Part shown: in pieces, positions 51,528 through 60,649 of the stretch
Layout of the letters: each line of letters starts with the position of its first letter
Position numbering within the stretch: the first letter of the stretch is position 1
Assembly: GCA_039807785.1 (NCBI GenBank)
Contig: JBDHRX010000001.1
Span: 51,331 to 115,330 of the forward strand
Length of the DNA: 64,000 nt
Source of the DNA: Burkholderiaceae bacterium
Lineage (GTDB): Bacteria > Pseudomonadota > Gammaproteobacteria > Burkholderiales > Burkholderiaceae_E
Direction of reading: 5' to 3'
Notes under the pieces: generated by a model
Database searches by the model: none
What the model was told of the DNA's origin: nothing
Seen by the model: only the letters and a program-made list of their open reading frames with translations
Translations under genes and position numbers: made by a program

Positions 51528-52268
51528 TCAGAGCGCCGCCGTCTGCTCGGCACGCAGCGCGCCCTTCTCGAGCACGCGCATCTGCACCGACTTCAGCACC
51601 GCGCCCCGCGGAACCTCGAAGTGGCCCTCGACGCGCAGCAGGCGCCGGAAGCTCAGCTTCATCCGCTCGCGCGCCTCGGGCGGCCCCTCGTCCGGGAGGG
51701 TCAGGGTCAGGCTGCGGCCCTGGCTGACGGCCGTCACCCGCAGTTGCAGCGACCCCGAGAACACCCGCTCGGCGCGACCGGCCTGCATCAGGAGGGCACG
51801 ATAGCGCATCCGGCCCGGCTCGCCGGCCTCGGGCTCGACTTCGAACCGACGAATGGCGACCGGGCCCTGCGCATCGGCGGCGGGCAGCAGGCTCTCCAGG
51901 TAGGCGAGGTCCGTCTTGAGTTCCGCGTTCTCGGCCTCGAGCGCGCGCAACTGCTGCTCGCGGCGCTCGGCCGCAACCTGGTCGACGCGCACCTGGCTGT
52001 CGGCGGAGACGATCGCCCCGGTCATGCGCCGGCGCGCCTCGCCCTCCTCGGCAAGTGCATCGCGCAGGGTCGCCACCTCGGCGACCAGGCGGTCCCGCTC
52101 CAGCGCCGCGTCGTCGAACGTGCCGCGCCACAGCCACATGCCGCCCGCGGCGCCGATACCGATCGCCAATGCCAGCGAGGCCAACCGGAGCGGCCACGGG
52201 ACATGCCGGCGAATGGTCATCCGGGTCGCGCTGAGCGAGCGGCGACGGGCGAGCATCTTCCTCTTCAC
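51528..52268 (-). CDS. Conserved membrane-anchored coiled-coil protein (DUF6776-like) upstream of bactofilin
   Basis: N-terminal TM helix, coiled coil, C-terminal beta domain. Confidence 0.65.
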   Translation of the reverse strand: MKRKMLARRRSLSATRMTIRRHVPWPLRLASLALAIGIGAAGGMWLWRGTFDDAALERDRLVAEVATLRDALAEEGEARRRMTGAIVSADSQVRVDQVAAERREQQLRALEAENAELKTDLAYLESLLPAADAQGPVAIRRFEVEPEAGEPGRMRYRALLMQAGRAERVFSGSLQLRVTAVSQGRSLTLTLPDEGPPEARERMKLSFRRLLRVEGHFEVPRGAVLKSVQMRVLEKGALRAEQTAAL

Positions 52269-52462
52269 GGCGGGCGTTGCGCAGACGCGAGAACCCGTCG
52301 GCGGACACAGCGGCCCGGCGCGGGCGGCGAGGCCGCGCCCGCCGTCTTCGCGGCGGGCGGCAGACCCCCAGGACGGCCGGGACCGGCGGAACGTGCGGAC
52401 GGCCGCTTCGACGGCCGCCGCACCGGGCGCTCAATGCGTGCCGGTCCCGCCCGGGCGAGGCT

Positions 52463-53524
52463 TCATGGTAGCACCGGCACCTGCTCGAGGCCGGTGCCTT
52501 CCGGCAGTCCGAACATGAGGTTCATCGCCTGCACCCCCTGCCCCGACGCGCCCTTGACGAGGTTGTCCTCGACCACCAGCACCATCAGCATCTCGCTACC
52601 CAGCGGACGGTGCACCGCGATGCGCACCATGTTGGAGGCGCGCACCGAGCGGGTTTCGGGCATCGAGCCCGCCGGCATCACGTCGACGAAGGGCTCGTCC
52701 GCGAAGCGCTTCTCGTACAGCGCCTGGAAGTCCGTCTCGCGCCCGGCGGGCGTGAGGCGCGCGTACAGCGTCGAGAAGATGCCCCGGATCATCGGCACCA
52801 GGTGCGGGGTGAAGACGAGGTTCACCGGTTTCCCGGCGATGGCCTCCAGGCCCTGACGAATCTCCGGCAGATGCCGGTGCCCGGCCACCGAATAAGCCCT
52901 GAAATTGTCGCTCGCCTCGGCCAGCAGCGTGTGCACCTCGGCCTTGCGCCCCGCCCCCGAGGCCCCGGACTTGCAATCGGCGATCAGGCTGTCGCGCACG
53001 ATCAGGTCGCCGCCCGCCGCCGCGACCGCCGCGGGATCGAGCGCCGGCAGGAAACCGAGCTGGACCGAGGTCGGATAGCAGCCGGGCAGGCCGATCACCC
53101 GGGCACCGCGGATCGCGGCGCGATTGACCTCCGGCAGGCCGTAGACGGCCTCGGCGAGGATGTCCGGGCATGCGTGCGGCATCTTGTACCAGCGCTCGAA
53201 CTCGGCGGTGTCCTTCAGCCTGAAATCGGCCGCCAGATCGATGATCTTCACGCCGGCCGCGAGCAGCTCGCGCGCCTGCGCCATGGCGACGCCGTGGGGC
53301 GTGGCGAAGAACACCACGTCGCACCGGTCGAGCGGCGCGGCGGCCGGATCCGAGAACGCCAGCGCCACCTGCCCGCGCAGCGACGGGAACATCTCGGCGA
53401 CCGGCATGCCGGTCTCCTTGCGCGAAGTGATCGCGACCAGCTCGGCCTGCGGATGCCGGGCCAGGAGGCGCAGCAGCTCGACCCCGGTGTAGCCGGTTCC
53501 GCCTACGATTCCGATCTTGATCAT
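52463..53524 (-). CDS. argC: N-acetyl-gamma-glutamyl-phosphate reductase
   Basis: [34 protein letters not shown]. Confidence 0.95.
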   Translation of the reverse strand: MIKIGIVGGTGYTGVELLRLLARHPQAELVAITSRKETGMPVAEMFPSLRGQVALAFSDPAAAPLDRCDVVFFATPHGVAMAQARELLAAGVKIIDLAADFRLKDTAEFERWYKMPHACPDILAEAVYGLPEVNRAAIRGARVIGLPGCYPTSVQLGFLPALDPAAVAAAGGDLIVRDSLIADCKSGASGAGRKAEVHTLLAEASDNFRAYSVAGHRHLPEIRQGLEAIAGKPVNLVFTPHLVPMIRGIFSTLYARLTPAGRETDFQALYEKRFADEPFVDVMPAGSMPETRSVRASNMVRIAVHRPLGSEMLMVLVVEDNLVKGASGQGVQAMNLMFGLPEGTGLEQVPVLP

Positions 53525-53621
53525 GTTCGACTCCGTGGATGCCTGGAACCGGAGCGCCGCCCGGGGCTGCGGCGGGGCGCCGGGGATGGCGTCACGACTG
53601 CCACCGGCCGGCCCCGGATGC

Positions 53622-53651
53622 AAAAAGGCCGCCTGCGAAGCAAGGCGGCCT
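53622..53651 (-). terminator. Rho-independent terminator after rpsI
   Basis: Minus strand AGGCCGCCT..AGGCGGCC followed by a T-run. Confidence 0.8.
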
Positions 53652-53689
53652 GTTCCCGAAGCGCGCGCTCGCGCAGCGAGCCGCGCGAA

Positions 53690-54082
53690 TCAGCGCTTCG
53701 AGAACTGCTTGCGACGTCGCGCCTTGTGGAAGCCGACCTTCTTGCGCTCCACCTCGCGCGCATCGCGCGTGACCAGGCCCGCGCCCGACAGTGCCGGCTT
53801 CAGGGCCGCGTCGTAGTCGATCAGCGCCCGGGTGACGCCGTGGCGCACCGCGCCCGCCTGGCCCGACTCGCCGCCGCCGGCGACGTTGACCATGATGTCG
53901 AAGCTGCCCACGTTGTCGGTGAGCTCGAGCGGCTGGCGCACGACCATCCGGCCGGTCTCGCGCGCGAAGTAGTCGTCCAGCGGCTTGCCGTTGACGACGA
54001 ACTTGCCGTTGCCGCGCTTGAGGAACACCCGGGCCACCGAAGTCTTGCGGCGGCCGGTGCCGTAGTAGTAGTCGCCGATCAT
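53690..54082 (-). CDS. rpsI: 30S ribosomal protein S9
   Basis: [27 protein letters not shown]. Confidence 0.97.
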   Translation of the reverse strand: MIGDYYYGTGRRKTSVARVFLKRGNGKFVVNGKPLDDYFARETGRMVVRQPLELTDNVGSFDIMVNVAGGGESGQAGAVRHGVTRALIDYDAALKPALSGAGLVTRDAREVERKKVGFHKARRRKQFSKR

Positions 54083-54086
54083 CGCG

Positions 54087-54515
54087 TCAAACCTCCAGGA
54101 CCTTCGGCTGCTGCGCCGAATGCGGGTGCGTGCCCTCGGCATACACCTTCAGTTTCTTGATCATCGCGTAGCCGAGCGGGCCCTTCGGCAGCATCCCCTT
54201 CACCGCCTTCTCGAGCGCGCGCCCGGGGAAGCGGGACTGCATCTTGCCGAAACTGGTCTCGGTGATGCCTCCCGGGTAGCCGCTGTGCCGGTAGTACATC
54301 TTCGCTTCGGTCTTGTTGCCGGTGACGCGCAGCTTCGCCGCGTTGACGACGACGATGAAGTCGCCCGTATCGACGTGCGGCGTGAACTCGGGCTTGTGCT
54401 TGCCGCGAAGGCGCAAGGCGATCTCGGCGGCAAGGCGTCCGAGCACCTTGTCGCTCGCGTCGACCACGAACCAGTCGCGCCTGACCTCGTGCGGCTTGGC
54501 GGAAAACGTCTTCAT
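54087..54515 (-). CDS. rplM: 50S ribosomal protein L13
   Basis: [29 protein letters not shown]. Confidence 0.97.
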   Translation of the reverse strand: MKTFSAKPHEVRRDWFVVDASDKVLGRLAAEIALRLRGKHKPEFTPHVDTGDFIVVVNAAKLRVTGNKTEAKMYYRHSGYPGGITETSFGKMQSRFPGRALEKAVKGMLPKGPLGYAMIKKLKVYAEGTHPHSAQQPKVLEV

Positions 54516-54552
54516 GACTCTCTCTTCGGGAGGGGAGCGCGGAAAGCCTTTG

Positions 54553-54582
54553 ATTATAGTCTGGCGCATGACGTCGCGTCAA
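54553..54582 (-). promoter_or_regulatory. Sigma-70 promoter of rplM-rpsI
   Basis: TTGACG-18-TATAAT. Confidence 0.75.
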
Positions 54583-54635
54583 AGCTCGCGATGCCGGGGC
54601 GATCGCCGCCGGAACGCCCTGACCGTCGGGTCGGC

Positions 54636-54697
54636 AAAAAAAAACCCGGACACCAGGGTCCGGGCTGAATCCACCAAAGGAGGAGGGTGGAGGAGAC
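54636..54697 (-). ncRNA. CU-rich small RNA (Betaproteobacteria 'toxic sRNA'-like family)
   Basis: GTCTCCTCCACCCTCCTCCTTTGGTGGATT..CCCGGA..TCCGGG-T9: anti-SD motifs, intrinsic terminator and its own promoter. Confidence 0.78.
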
Positions 54698-54703
54698 GGC
54701 TCA

Positions 54704-54732
54704 ACTATAGCCGATCGAATGGTGCAATGCAA
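54704..54732 (-). promoter_or_regulatory. Sigma-70 promoter of the sRNA
   Basis: TTGCAT-17-TATAGT. Confidence 0.75.
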
Positions 54733-54808
54733 GATCCCGCTGAACCAGGATATTGCACCGCGCTTTCGCAACCTGGATCGACGCTTTCCAGATTCTGATT
54801 CATGATAT

Positions 54809-54821
54809 TAAGATATTGATA
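54809..54821 (-). promoter_or_regulatory. Putative IHF-binding site
   Basis: TATCAATATCTTA fits WATCAANNNNTTR, with an upstream A/T tract. Confidence 0.6.
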
Positions 54822-55012
54822 ACAAATGAAAAATAAGATTCGACCCGAGATTCATCGGTCGACATCGCATCGCAACAAAAACCCTCCCTCCCGATGCGGA
54901 TCCAAGCGGCTCGTTGTCGCGTTGCCGCATGACATCGCCCCGGGTCCGGCAGCGGACGGGGCTCTAGAATCCCCGGGCGACGAATCGACCAGACCAGCAC
55001 ACAGGAGCGGCG

Positions 55013-55435
55013 ATGGAATGCGTGGTGAAGTGGACCGGCCCCGGCGGCATGAGCTTTCTCGCCGAGACCGGCAGCGGACATGCGGTGGTGATGGACGGGG
55101 CGCCCGAGACCGGCGGCCGGAACCTGGGACCGCGCCCGATGGAGATGGTCCTGCTCGGCACCGGCGGTTGCACCGCCTCGGACGTGACGGTCATCCTGAC
55201 CCGGAGCGGCCAGGACATCCGGGGCTGCGAGGTCCGGCTGACCGCCGAGCGCGCCGCCGCCGATCCCAAGGTCTTCACCCGGATCCACTTCCACTTCGTC
55301 GTGCGCGGGCGCGGCCTCAAGCCGAACGTGGTCGAGCGCGCGATCCGGCTCTCGCACGACAAGTACTGCTCGGCCTCGATCATGCTCGGCAAGACCGCCG
55401 AGCTGACCCATGACTGGGAGATCGTCGAGGACTGA
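55013..55435 (+). CDS. OsmC/YhfA family protein
   Basis: RPMEMVLLGTGGCTASDV, KYCSAS; AGGAG RBS. Confidence 0.88.
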   Translation: MECVVKWTGPGGMSFLAETGSGHAVVMDGAPETGGRNLGPRPMEMVLLGTGGCTASDVTVILTRSGQDIRGCEVRLTAERAAADPKVFTRIHFHFVVRGRGLKPNVVERAIRLSHDKYCSASIMLGKTAELTHDWEIVED

Positions 55436-55522
55436 CGGCAGGGCCCCCGCGCACCGGACTCCGGCGACCCGGAAATGCCCGGGGCAGGGCCCGGGGGCCT
55501 GGGAAACGCCTGGATAAAATGC

Positions 55523-56170
55523 CTAGATATGGTGCGCGGTGGTCGTCATCACCCGGGCGGCCGCGCGCATCGCCGCGCGCACCGGAGCCGGCAGTTCGGC
55601 ACCGCCCAGCCGCAGTGCGGTCTGGGCATGGCGGACCTCGTCGTCCTTCATCGCCACTACGATGGCGCGCGAACGCAGGTCGCCGGCCGGCAGGCGCTCG
55701 AGATGGCCGGCCAGATGCGCCTCGACCTGGCGTTCGGTCTCGGCCATGAAGCCGAGGCTGAGCCGGTCGCCGGTGCGCCCCGCGATCATTCCCAGCACCA
55801 GCGCCCCGCCATACCAGAGCGGGTTCAGCAGCGACGGCCGGGCATCGAGCTCGCGCAGCCGCTCGCGCGTCCAGCCCAGGTGATCGCCCTCCTCCCGGGC
55901 CGCCTGCCGGAACTCGGCTGCCAGCCGGGGATCGGACGCGACCGCCGCCTGCCCCTCGTAGAGCGCCTGGGCGCAGATCTCCCCGACGTGGTTGACTCGC
56001 ATCAACGCGGCCGAGAGCCGGCGCTCGGCCGGATCGACCGGTTCGGCCGGGTCGCCGCCGGTGACCGGCGCCGGCCGCCCGGCGGTCACGGCCCCGCTCA
56101 GCGTCGCCAGGGCCCGACAGGCGCCCGACAGGAACCGATCGGCGGCACCGGTGCGGCGAAATCCATCCAC
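55523..56170 (-). CDS. coq7: Demethoxyubiquinone hydroxylase (di-iron)
   Basis: [36 protein letters not shown]; start uncertain. Confidence 0.88.
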   Translation of the reverse strand: MDGFRRTGAADRFLSGACRALATLSGAVTAGRPAPVTGGDPAEPVDPAERRLSAALMRVNHVGEICAQALYEGQAAVASDPRLAAEFRQAAREEGDHLGWTRERLRELDARPSLLNPLWYGGALVLGMIAGRTGDRLSLGFMAETERQVEAHLAGHLERLPAGDLRSRAIVVAMKDDEVRHAQTALRLGGAELPAPVRAAMRAAARVMTTTAHHI

Positions 56171-56442
56171 GATGAGGCTTCCTTCACGGAGGCGGGCGGA
56201 CATCCGTCACGCCGGCGACGCAATCTCGCGTCACGAGCCCGGGGAACGACCGGGCCGACTGTTGTTCGGGAACGACAGCATACCCAAAAAAACAACGGCC
56301 GCGCGCGTCGCTGCTTTGCCCCCTCCCTGAATTTGGCGAGAATACGCAGGACTTCCGACCGGGGAAGGCCCACCAGCCGCTTCGGGGAGTTGCGGCGGCG
56401 TGGAGGCCGTCGATTGATTTCAGAAACCTAGGAGAATCTTCA

Positions 56443-57510
56443 ATGAAGAAATCGCTTCTCGCAGTGGCTGTCGCGGCAGCGCTGCCCGCGGCCGCGTTCG
56501 CCCAGTCGAACGTGACCCTGTCGGGCATCGTCAAGGCGGGTATCGCCAATACCAAGATGTCGAACGGCGCCGTCAACGGCAGCGGCACCAGCCTGGATGA
56601 CGGTTCCTCGCGCTTCATCATCAGCGGCTCCGAGGATCTGGGTGGCGGCCTGAAGGGTATCTTCATGGTCGACACGCGGTTCCGTCCGGACACGGGCACC
56701 GGCACGCTGGCCAGTGGCAATGCGTTCGTCGGCTTGGCCGGTGGCTTCGGTACGATCCGCATCGGCCGTCTCGACCAGTACTACGGCTTCGGCACCGACT
56801 CGCACGGCGGCCGCGCCACCGCGCTGCAGCACTCGAACATCTCGCTGCTGAGCTATGTCGGCAGCGCGGCGCTCGGTGCGATCGCCAACGCGTCGCGGAC
56901 CCCGAACATCGTTCGCTACGACCTGCCGGCGATGGGCGGTCTGAGCGGCGGTATCGGCTACTCGTTCAACTTCGCGGGCGACGACGGCCTGGTCGGCAAA
57001 GTCGCCGACGGCAACGCCTGGACGGTCGACCTCGCCTGGCGCGGCGGTCCGTTCACGGTGGGCGGCGCCTACTGGAACGCGGAAGCCGACATGGCCGCCC
57101 CGACCACCAAGCAAGACGCCTGGCGCGTGTACGGTTCGTACAACTTCGGCGTGTTCTCGGTCGGTCTGACCTGGGACAGCTCGGAGATCAAGGCGGGTGG
57201 CGTGAAGTACGAGCGCGACGCCTGGTCGATCCCGCTGACCGCCAAGCTGGGTGCGGGCACCCTGCTGTTCACGTACACCTCGGCCGACGACGTCGACGGC
57301 TTCGCCGACACCGGCGCCAAGATGTACACCCTGGGCTACGACTACCCGCTGTCGAAGCGCACCTCGGTCGGCGTGTCGTACACCCAGCTGAAGAACGACG
57401 CGAACGCCAGCTACGCGCTGTTTACCATGAGCGCGCTCGGCGGCCACACGAACCCGACCCCCGGTCAGGACGTGCGTCAGTTCTACGTGGGCCTGCGCCA
57501 CACGTTCTAA
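56443..57510 (+). CDS. Outer-membrane trimeric porin
   Basis: Signal peptide MKKSLLAVAVAAA..AFA/QSNVTL, GSEDLGGGLK, YPLSKRT, C-terminal RHTF. Confidence 0.92.
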   Translation: MKKSLLAVAVAAALPAAAFAQSNVTLSGIVKAGIANTKMSNGAVNGSGTSLDDGSSRFIISGSEDLGGGLKGIFMVDTRFRPDTGTGTLASGNAFVGLAGGFGTIRIGRLDQYYGFGTDSHGGRATALQHSNISLLSYVGSAALGAIANASRTPNIVRYDLPAMGGLSGGIGYSFNFAGDDGLVGKVADGNAWTVDLAWRGGPFTVGGAYWNAEADMAAPTTKQDAWRVYGSYNFGVFSVGLTWDSSEIKAGGVKYERDAWSIPLTAKLGAGTLLFTYTSADDVDGFADTGAKMYTLGYDYPLSKRTSVGVSYTQLKNDANASYALFTMSALGGHTNPTPGQDVRQFYVGLRHTF

Positions 57511-57546
57511 TCGCTGGCCGGCTCACGCCGGTTGGCAGGCAGGACG

Positions 57547-57577
57547 AAAGCGCCGGGGAAACCCGGCGCTTTTTTTT
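57547..57577 (+). terminator. Rho-independent terminator after the porin gene
   Basis: AAAGCGCCGGG-GAAA-CCCGGCGC-T8. Confidence 0.88.
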
Positions 57578-57608
57578 CGCCCGGCGTTTCCGGCCCTGCT
57601 CCGGATGA

Positions 57609-57643
57609 TTGAGATCGAAACATTTCAGACTTAAACTGTCTGA
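57609..57643 (+). promoter_or_regulatory. MarR-gene promoter with an overlapping palindrome (putative autorepression site)
   Basis: TTGAGA-17-TAAACT, 7 nt before the ATG; TCAGAC-N7-GTCTGA spans the -10. Confidence 0.6.
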
Positions 57644-57644
57644 C

Positions 57645-58187
57645 ATGGCTTCGATCGACGATGCCGCGTTTCCGCCGGCGCTCGACCACGAGACACGCGT
57701 CCAGGCGCACGACCACACGGCCCTCAAGCTGTGGTTGCGCATGCTGACCTGCACCCACCTGATCGAAGGCGCCGTGCGGCGCGGGCTGCGCGGGGCGTTC
57801 GGAGCGACGCTGCCGCGCTTCGACCTGCTGGCCCAGCTCGAGCGCCATCCGCAGGGCCTGAAGATGAGCGAGCTGTCGCAGCGCCTGATGGTGACCGGCG
57901 GCAACGTCACCGGCCTGGCCGACCAGCTCGAACGCGAGGGCTGGATCACCCGCGAGCCGGTTGCCGACGACCGCCGCGCCATCCGCCTGAAGCTTTCCCC
58001 GACCGGCCGCCGCCGCTTCGCTGACATGGCGGCCGATCACGAGCGCTGGGTAATCGCGCTGTTCGATGCGTTGTCGCGCGACGAACAGCAGCAACTGCTG
58101 CAGCTGCTCGGCAAGCTCAAGCCGGGACTGCTCGCCGGCATGGCGCAGGGCGGAGACCCCCGCTCCGCGGACCGGAGACGCACCTGA
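57645..58187 (+). CDS. MarR-family transcriptional regulator
   Basis: LKLWLRML, TLPRFDLLAQL, MSELSQRLMVTGGNVTG, DRR. Confidence 0.9.
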   Translation: MASIDDAAFPPALDHETRVQAHDHTALKLWLRMLTCTHLIEGAVRRGLRGAFGATLPRFDLLAQLERHPQGLKMSELSQRLMVTGGNVTGLADQLEREGWITREPVADDRRAIRLKLSPTGRRRFADMAADHERWVIALFDALSRDEQQQLLQLLGKLKPGLLAGMAQGGDPRSADRRRT

Positions 58188-58203
58188 CCGAGGAGGTCGA
58201 CCG

Positions 58204-59814
58204 ATGTTTCGCTCTGCACACGTCGATACGTTCGCCCGCGACCACCTGCCGCCGCCGGCCCAGTGGCCGGACCTGCCGCAGTCGCCGGACACCCGCTATC
58301 CGGAGCGGTTGAACGCCGCCGTCGAGCTGCTCGACCGGATGGTGGAGAACGGCTTCGGCGATGCAATCGCGCTGCGCACCGACGCCGCCGCCTGCACCTA
58401 CTACCAGCTCTTCGTGCGCGTGAACCAGATCGCGCATGTGCTGCGCGACCGGATGGGGCTGGTGCCCGGCAACCGTGTGCTGCTGCGCGGCACGAACAAT
58501 CCGATGATGGCGGCCTGCCTGCTCGCGACGCTGAAGGCCGGGCTGGTCGCGGTGCCGACGATGCCGCTGCTGCGCGCGAAGGACCTGGCGCCCGTCGTGA
58601 CCAAGGCGAAGGTCGCGGCGGCGCTCTGCGACGTCGCGCTGCGCGACGAGCTCGACGCGCTGGCGCGCGAGACGCCGTCGCTGAAGCAGGTCCTGCTCTT
58701 CAACGACGGCAGCGGGTCGGCCGGGGCGCTCGAGACGCACCTGCCGGCGATGCCGACCCGCTTCACCGCCTGCGACACGGCCCAGGACGACGTGGCGCTG
58801 ATCGCATTCACCTCGGGCACGACCGGCACGCCGAAAGGCACGATGCACTTCCATCGCGACGTCGTGGCGATGTGCGACCTCTTTCCGCGCCACGTGCTGC
58901 ATCCGCAGGCCGACGACGTGTTCTGCGGGACGCCACCGCTGGCCTTCACTTTCGGGCTGGGCGGCATGCTGTGCTTTCCGATGCGGGTCGGCGCGTCGGT
59001 CGTCCTGCTCGAACGCGGAACCCCCGAGACCCTGCTCGGGGCGGTCCAGCAGCACCGCGTCAGCGTGCTCTTCACCGCCCCCACCATGTATCGCCAGATG
59101 GCGCCGCTGGTGCGGCGCTTCGACCTGTCCTCGCTGAAGAAATGCGTATCGGCCGGCGAGGCGCTGCCCGACCCGACCCGCCAGCTCTGGAAGGAGGCGA
59201 CCGGGATCGAGATCATCGACGGGATCGGATCGACCGAGATGATCCACATCTTCATCTCGTCGCCGCCCGAGTCGGTGCGTCGCGGCGCGATCGGGAAGGC
59301 GGTGCCCGGCTACGAGGCCCGGATCGTCGACGATGCGATGAACGAGCTGCCGCACGGCACCGTCGGGAAGCTGGCGGTGCGGGGCCCGACCGGCTGCCGC
59401 TACCTGGCCGACGACCGGCAACAGAACTACGTGAAGGACGGCTGGAACCTGCCGGGCGACACCTTCCGCATGGATGCCGACGGCTATTTCTACTACCAGG
59501 CACGCTCCGACGACATGATCGTCACCGGCGGCTACAACATCGCCGGCCCCGAGGTCGAGGCGGCGCTGATGCTGCACGAAGCGGTCGCCGAATGCGGTGT
59601 GATCGGGGTCGCGGACGAAGCCCGCGGGCAGATCGTCAAGGCCTTCGTCGTGCTCAAGCCCGGCCACCCGGAGAACGCGGCGATGGCCGCGACGCTGCAG
59701 GAGTTCGTCAAGCAGACGATCGCGCCGTACAAGTACCCGCGCGCGATCGAGTTCCGGGCGTCGCTCCCGCGGACCGAGACCGGCAAGCTGCAGCGCTTCC
59801 GCCTGCGCGACTAG
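58204..59814 (+). CDS. 2-aminobenzoate-CoA ligase-like AMP-binding enzyme (AbmG-like)
   Basis: SAHVDTFARDHLPP N-terminus, FTSGTTGTPKG, DGIGSTEMIHIFIS, APYKYPR; GAGGAGG RBS. Confidence 0.82.
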   Translation: MFRSAHVDTFARDHLPPPAQWPDLPQSPDTRYPERLNAAVELLDRMVENGFGDAIALRTDAAACTYYQLFVRVNQIAHVLRDRMGLVPGNRVLLRGTNNPMMAACLLATLKAGLVAVPTMPLLRAKDLAPVVTKAKVAAALCDVALRDELDALARETPSLKQVLLFNDGSGSAGALETHLPAMPTRFTACDTAQDDVALIAFTSGTTGTPKGTMHFHRDVVAMCDLFPRHVLHPQADDVFCGTPPLAFTFGLGGMLCFPMRVGASVVLLERGTPETLLGAVQQHRVSVLFTAPTMYRQMAPLVRRFDLSSLKKCVSAGEALPDPTRQLWKEATGIEIIDGIGSTEMIHIFISSPPESVRRGAIGKAVPGYEARIVDDAMNELPHGTVGKLAVRGPTGCRYLADDRQQNYVKDGWNLPGDTFRMDADGYFYYQARSDDMIVTGGYNIAGPEVEAALMLHEAVAECGVIGVADEARGQIVKAFVVLKPGHPENAAMAATLQEFVKQTIAPYKYPRAIEFRASLPRTETGKLQRFRLRD

Positions 59815-59858
59815 AGCACGCGACCGCCGAAGACCACCAGGCCCCGGGGGCATCGCCG

Positions 59859-60608
59859 ATGCGCAGCCCGCACGCGCTGGTATTCACCTTCGCCCCCGGC
59901 GCGGCGCTCGGCCAGCCCGGGGCGGCGCCGGGCCTGCCCGCGATGGCCCCCAGGCTGCCGACGGTCGCACCGGGGCTGCCCGATGTCGCCGGACTGCGCG
60001 AAGCGGTGCGCACCCTGCGCCCGCCTGGCGGCGTCGACCCCGCGCAGGTCTTCGCTCCGCATCCGGAGCACGCGCGGCTCGAGGTCTTCGGGGACGGTGC
60101 GCCGCCGTTCGCGCTCGTCGAGTACCGGGCGCGAGAACCCGCGGCGCTGCGCGCGCTGGCCGCCGAGCCCGGCCTGCGCCGTGCGCTCGCGCGCATCGGT
60201 GATCCTGCGGACTGGTGCGCCGGACTCTTCGACGTGATCGAGGAACCGGTGCCGGCCCCGGCCGCGGCGGACGCCCGCCTGTCGCTGCTCGTCCACTATC
60301 ACGCGCCGGTCGAGGACGCCCCTGGGTTCGCCCGGCATTACGTCGCGCACCATCCGCCGCTGCTGGCACGACTGCCGCGGATCCGGGCGATCCTGTGCCA
60401 CCTGCCCTCGGGCGGGCCGCTCGCCGGCTGGCGCGCCGACCCGACGGTGATCCGGAACGAGGTCCGCTTCGACTCGATGGACGAGCTGCTCGACGCGCTG
60501 CACTCGCCGGCCAGGCTCGCCCTGAGCGCCGACGCGCAGGGCTTCCCGCGCTTCGGGCGCTCGACCCACTACCCGATGGAGCGCCTCCGCGTGCCGGGCG
60601 GCGCCTGA
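59859..60608 (+). CDS. EthD-like (dimeric alpha/beta barrel) protein
   Basis: C-terminal FARHYVAHHPPLLARLPRIR..EVRFDS..ALHSP resembles EthD. Confidence 0.55.
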   Translation: MRSPHALVFTFAPGAALGQPGAAPGLPAMAPRLPTVAPGLPDVAGLREAVRTLRPPGGVDPAQVFAPHPEHARLEVFGDGAPPFALVEYRAREPAALRALAAEPGLRRALARIGDPADWCAGLFDVIEEPVPAPAAADARLSLLVHYHAPVEDAPGFARHYVAHHPPLLARLPRIRAILCHLPSGGPLAGWRADPTVIRNEVRFDSMDELLDALHSPARLALSADAQGFPRFGRSTHYPMERLRVPGGA

Positions 60609-60649
60609 AGCGATCGCCGGCCCGGACGTCCCTCCCGGGCAGCCCCCGC

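Noticed and set aside
54800-55413. ORFs 54826-55413 (+) and 54800-55411 (-)
   Set aside because: They overlap the OsmC gene out of frame and begin in regulatory DNA; no protein-like features.
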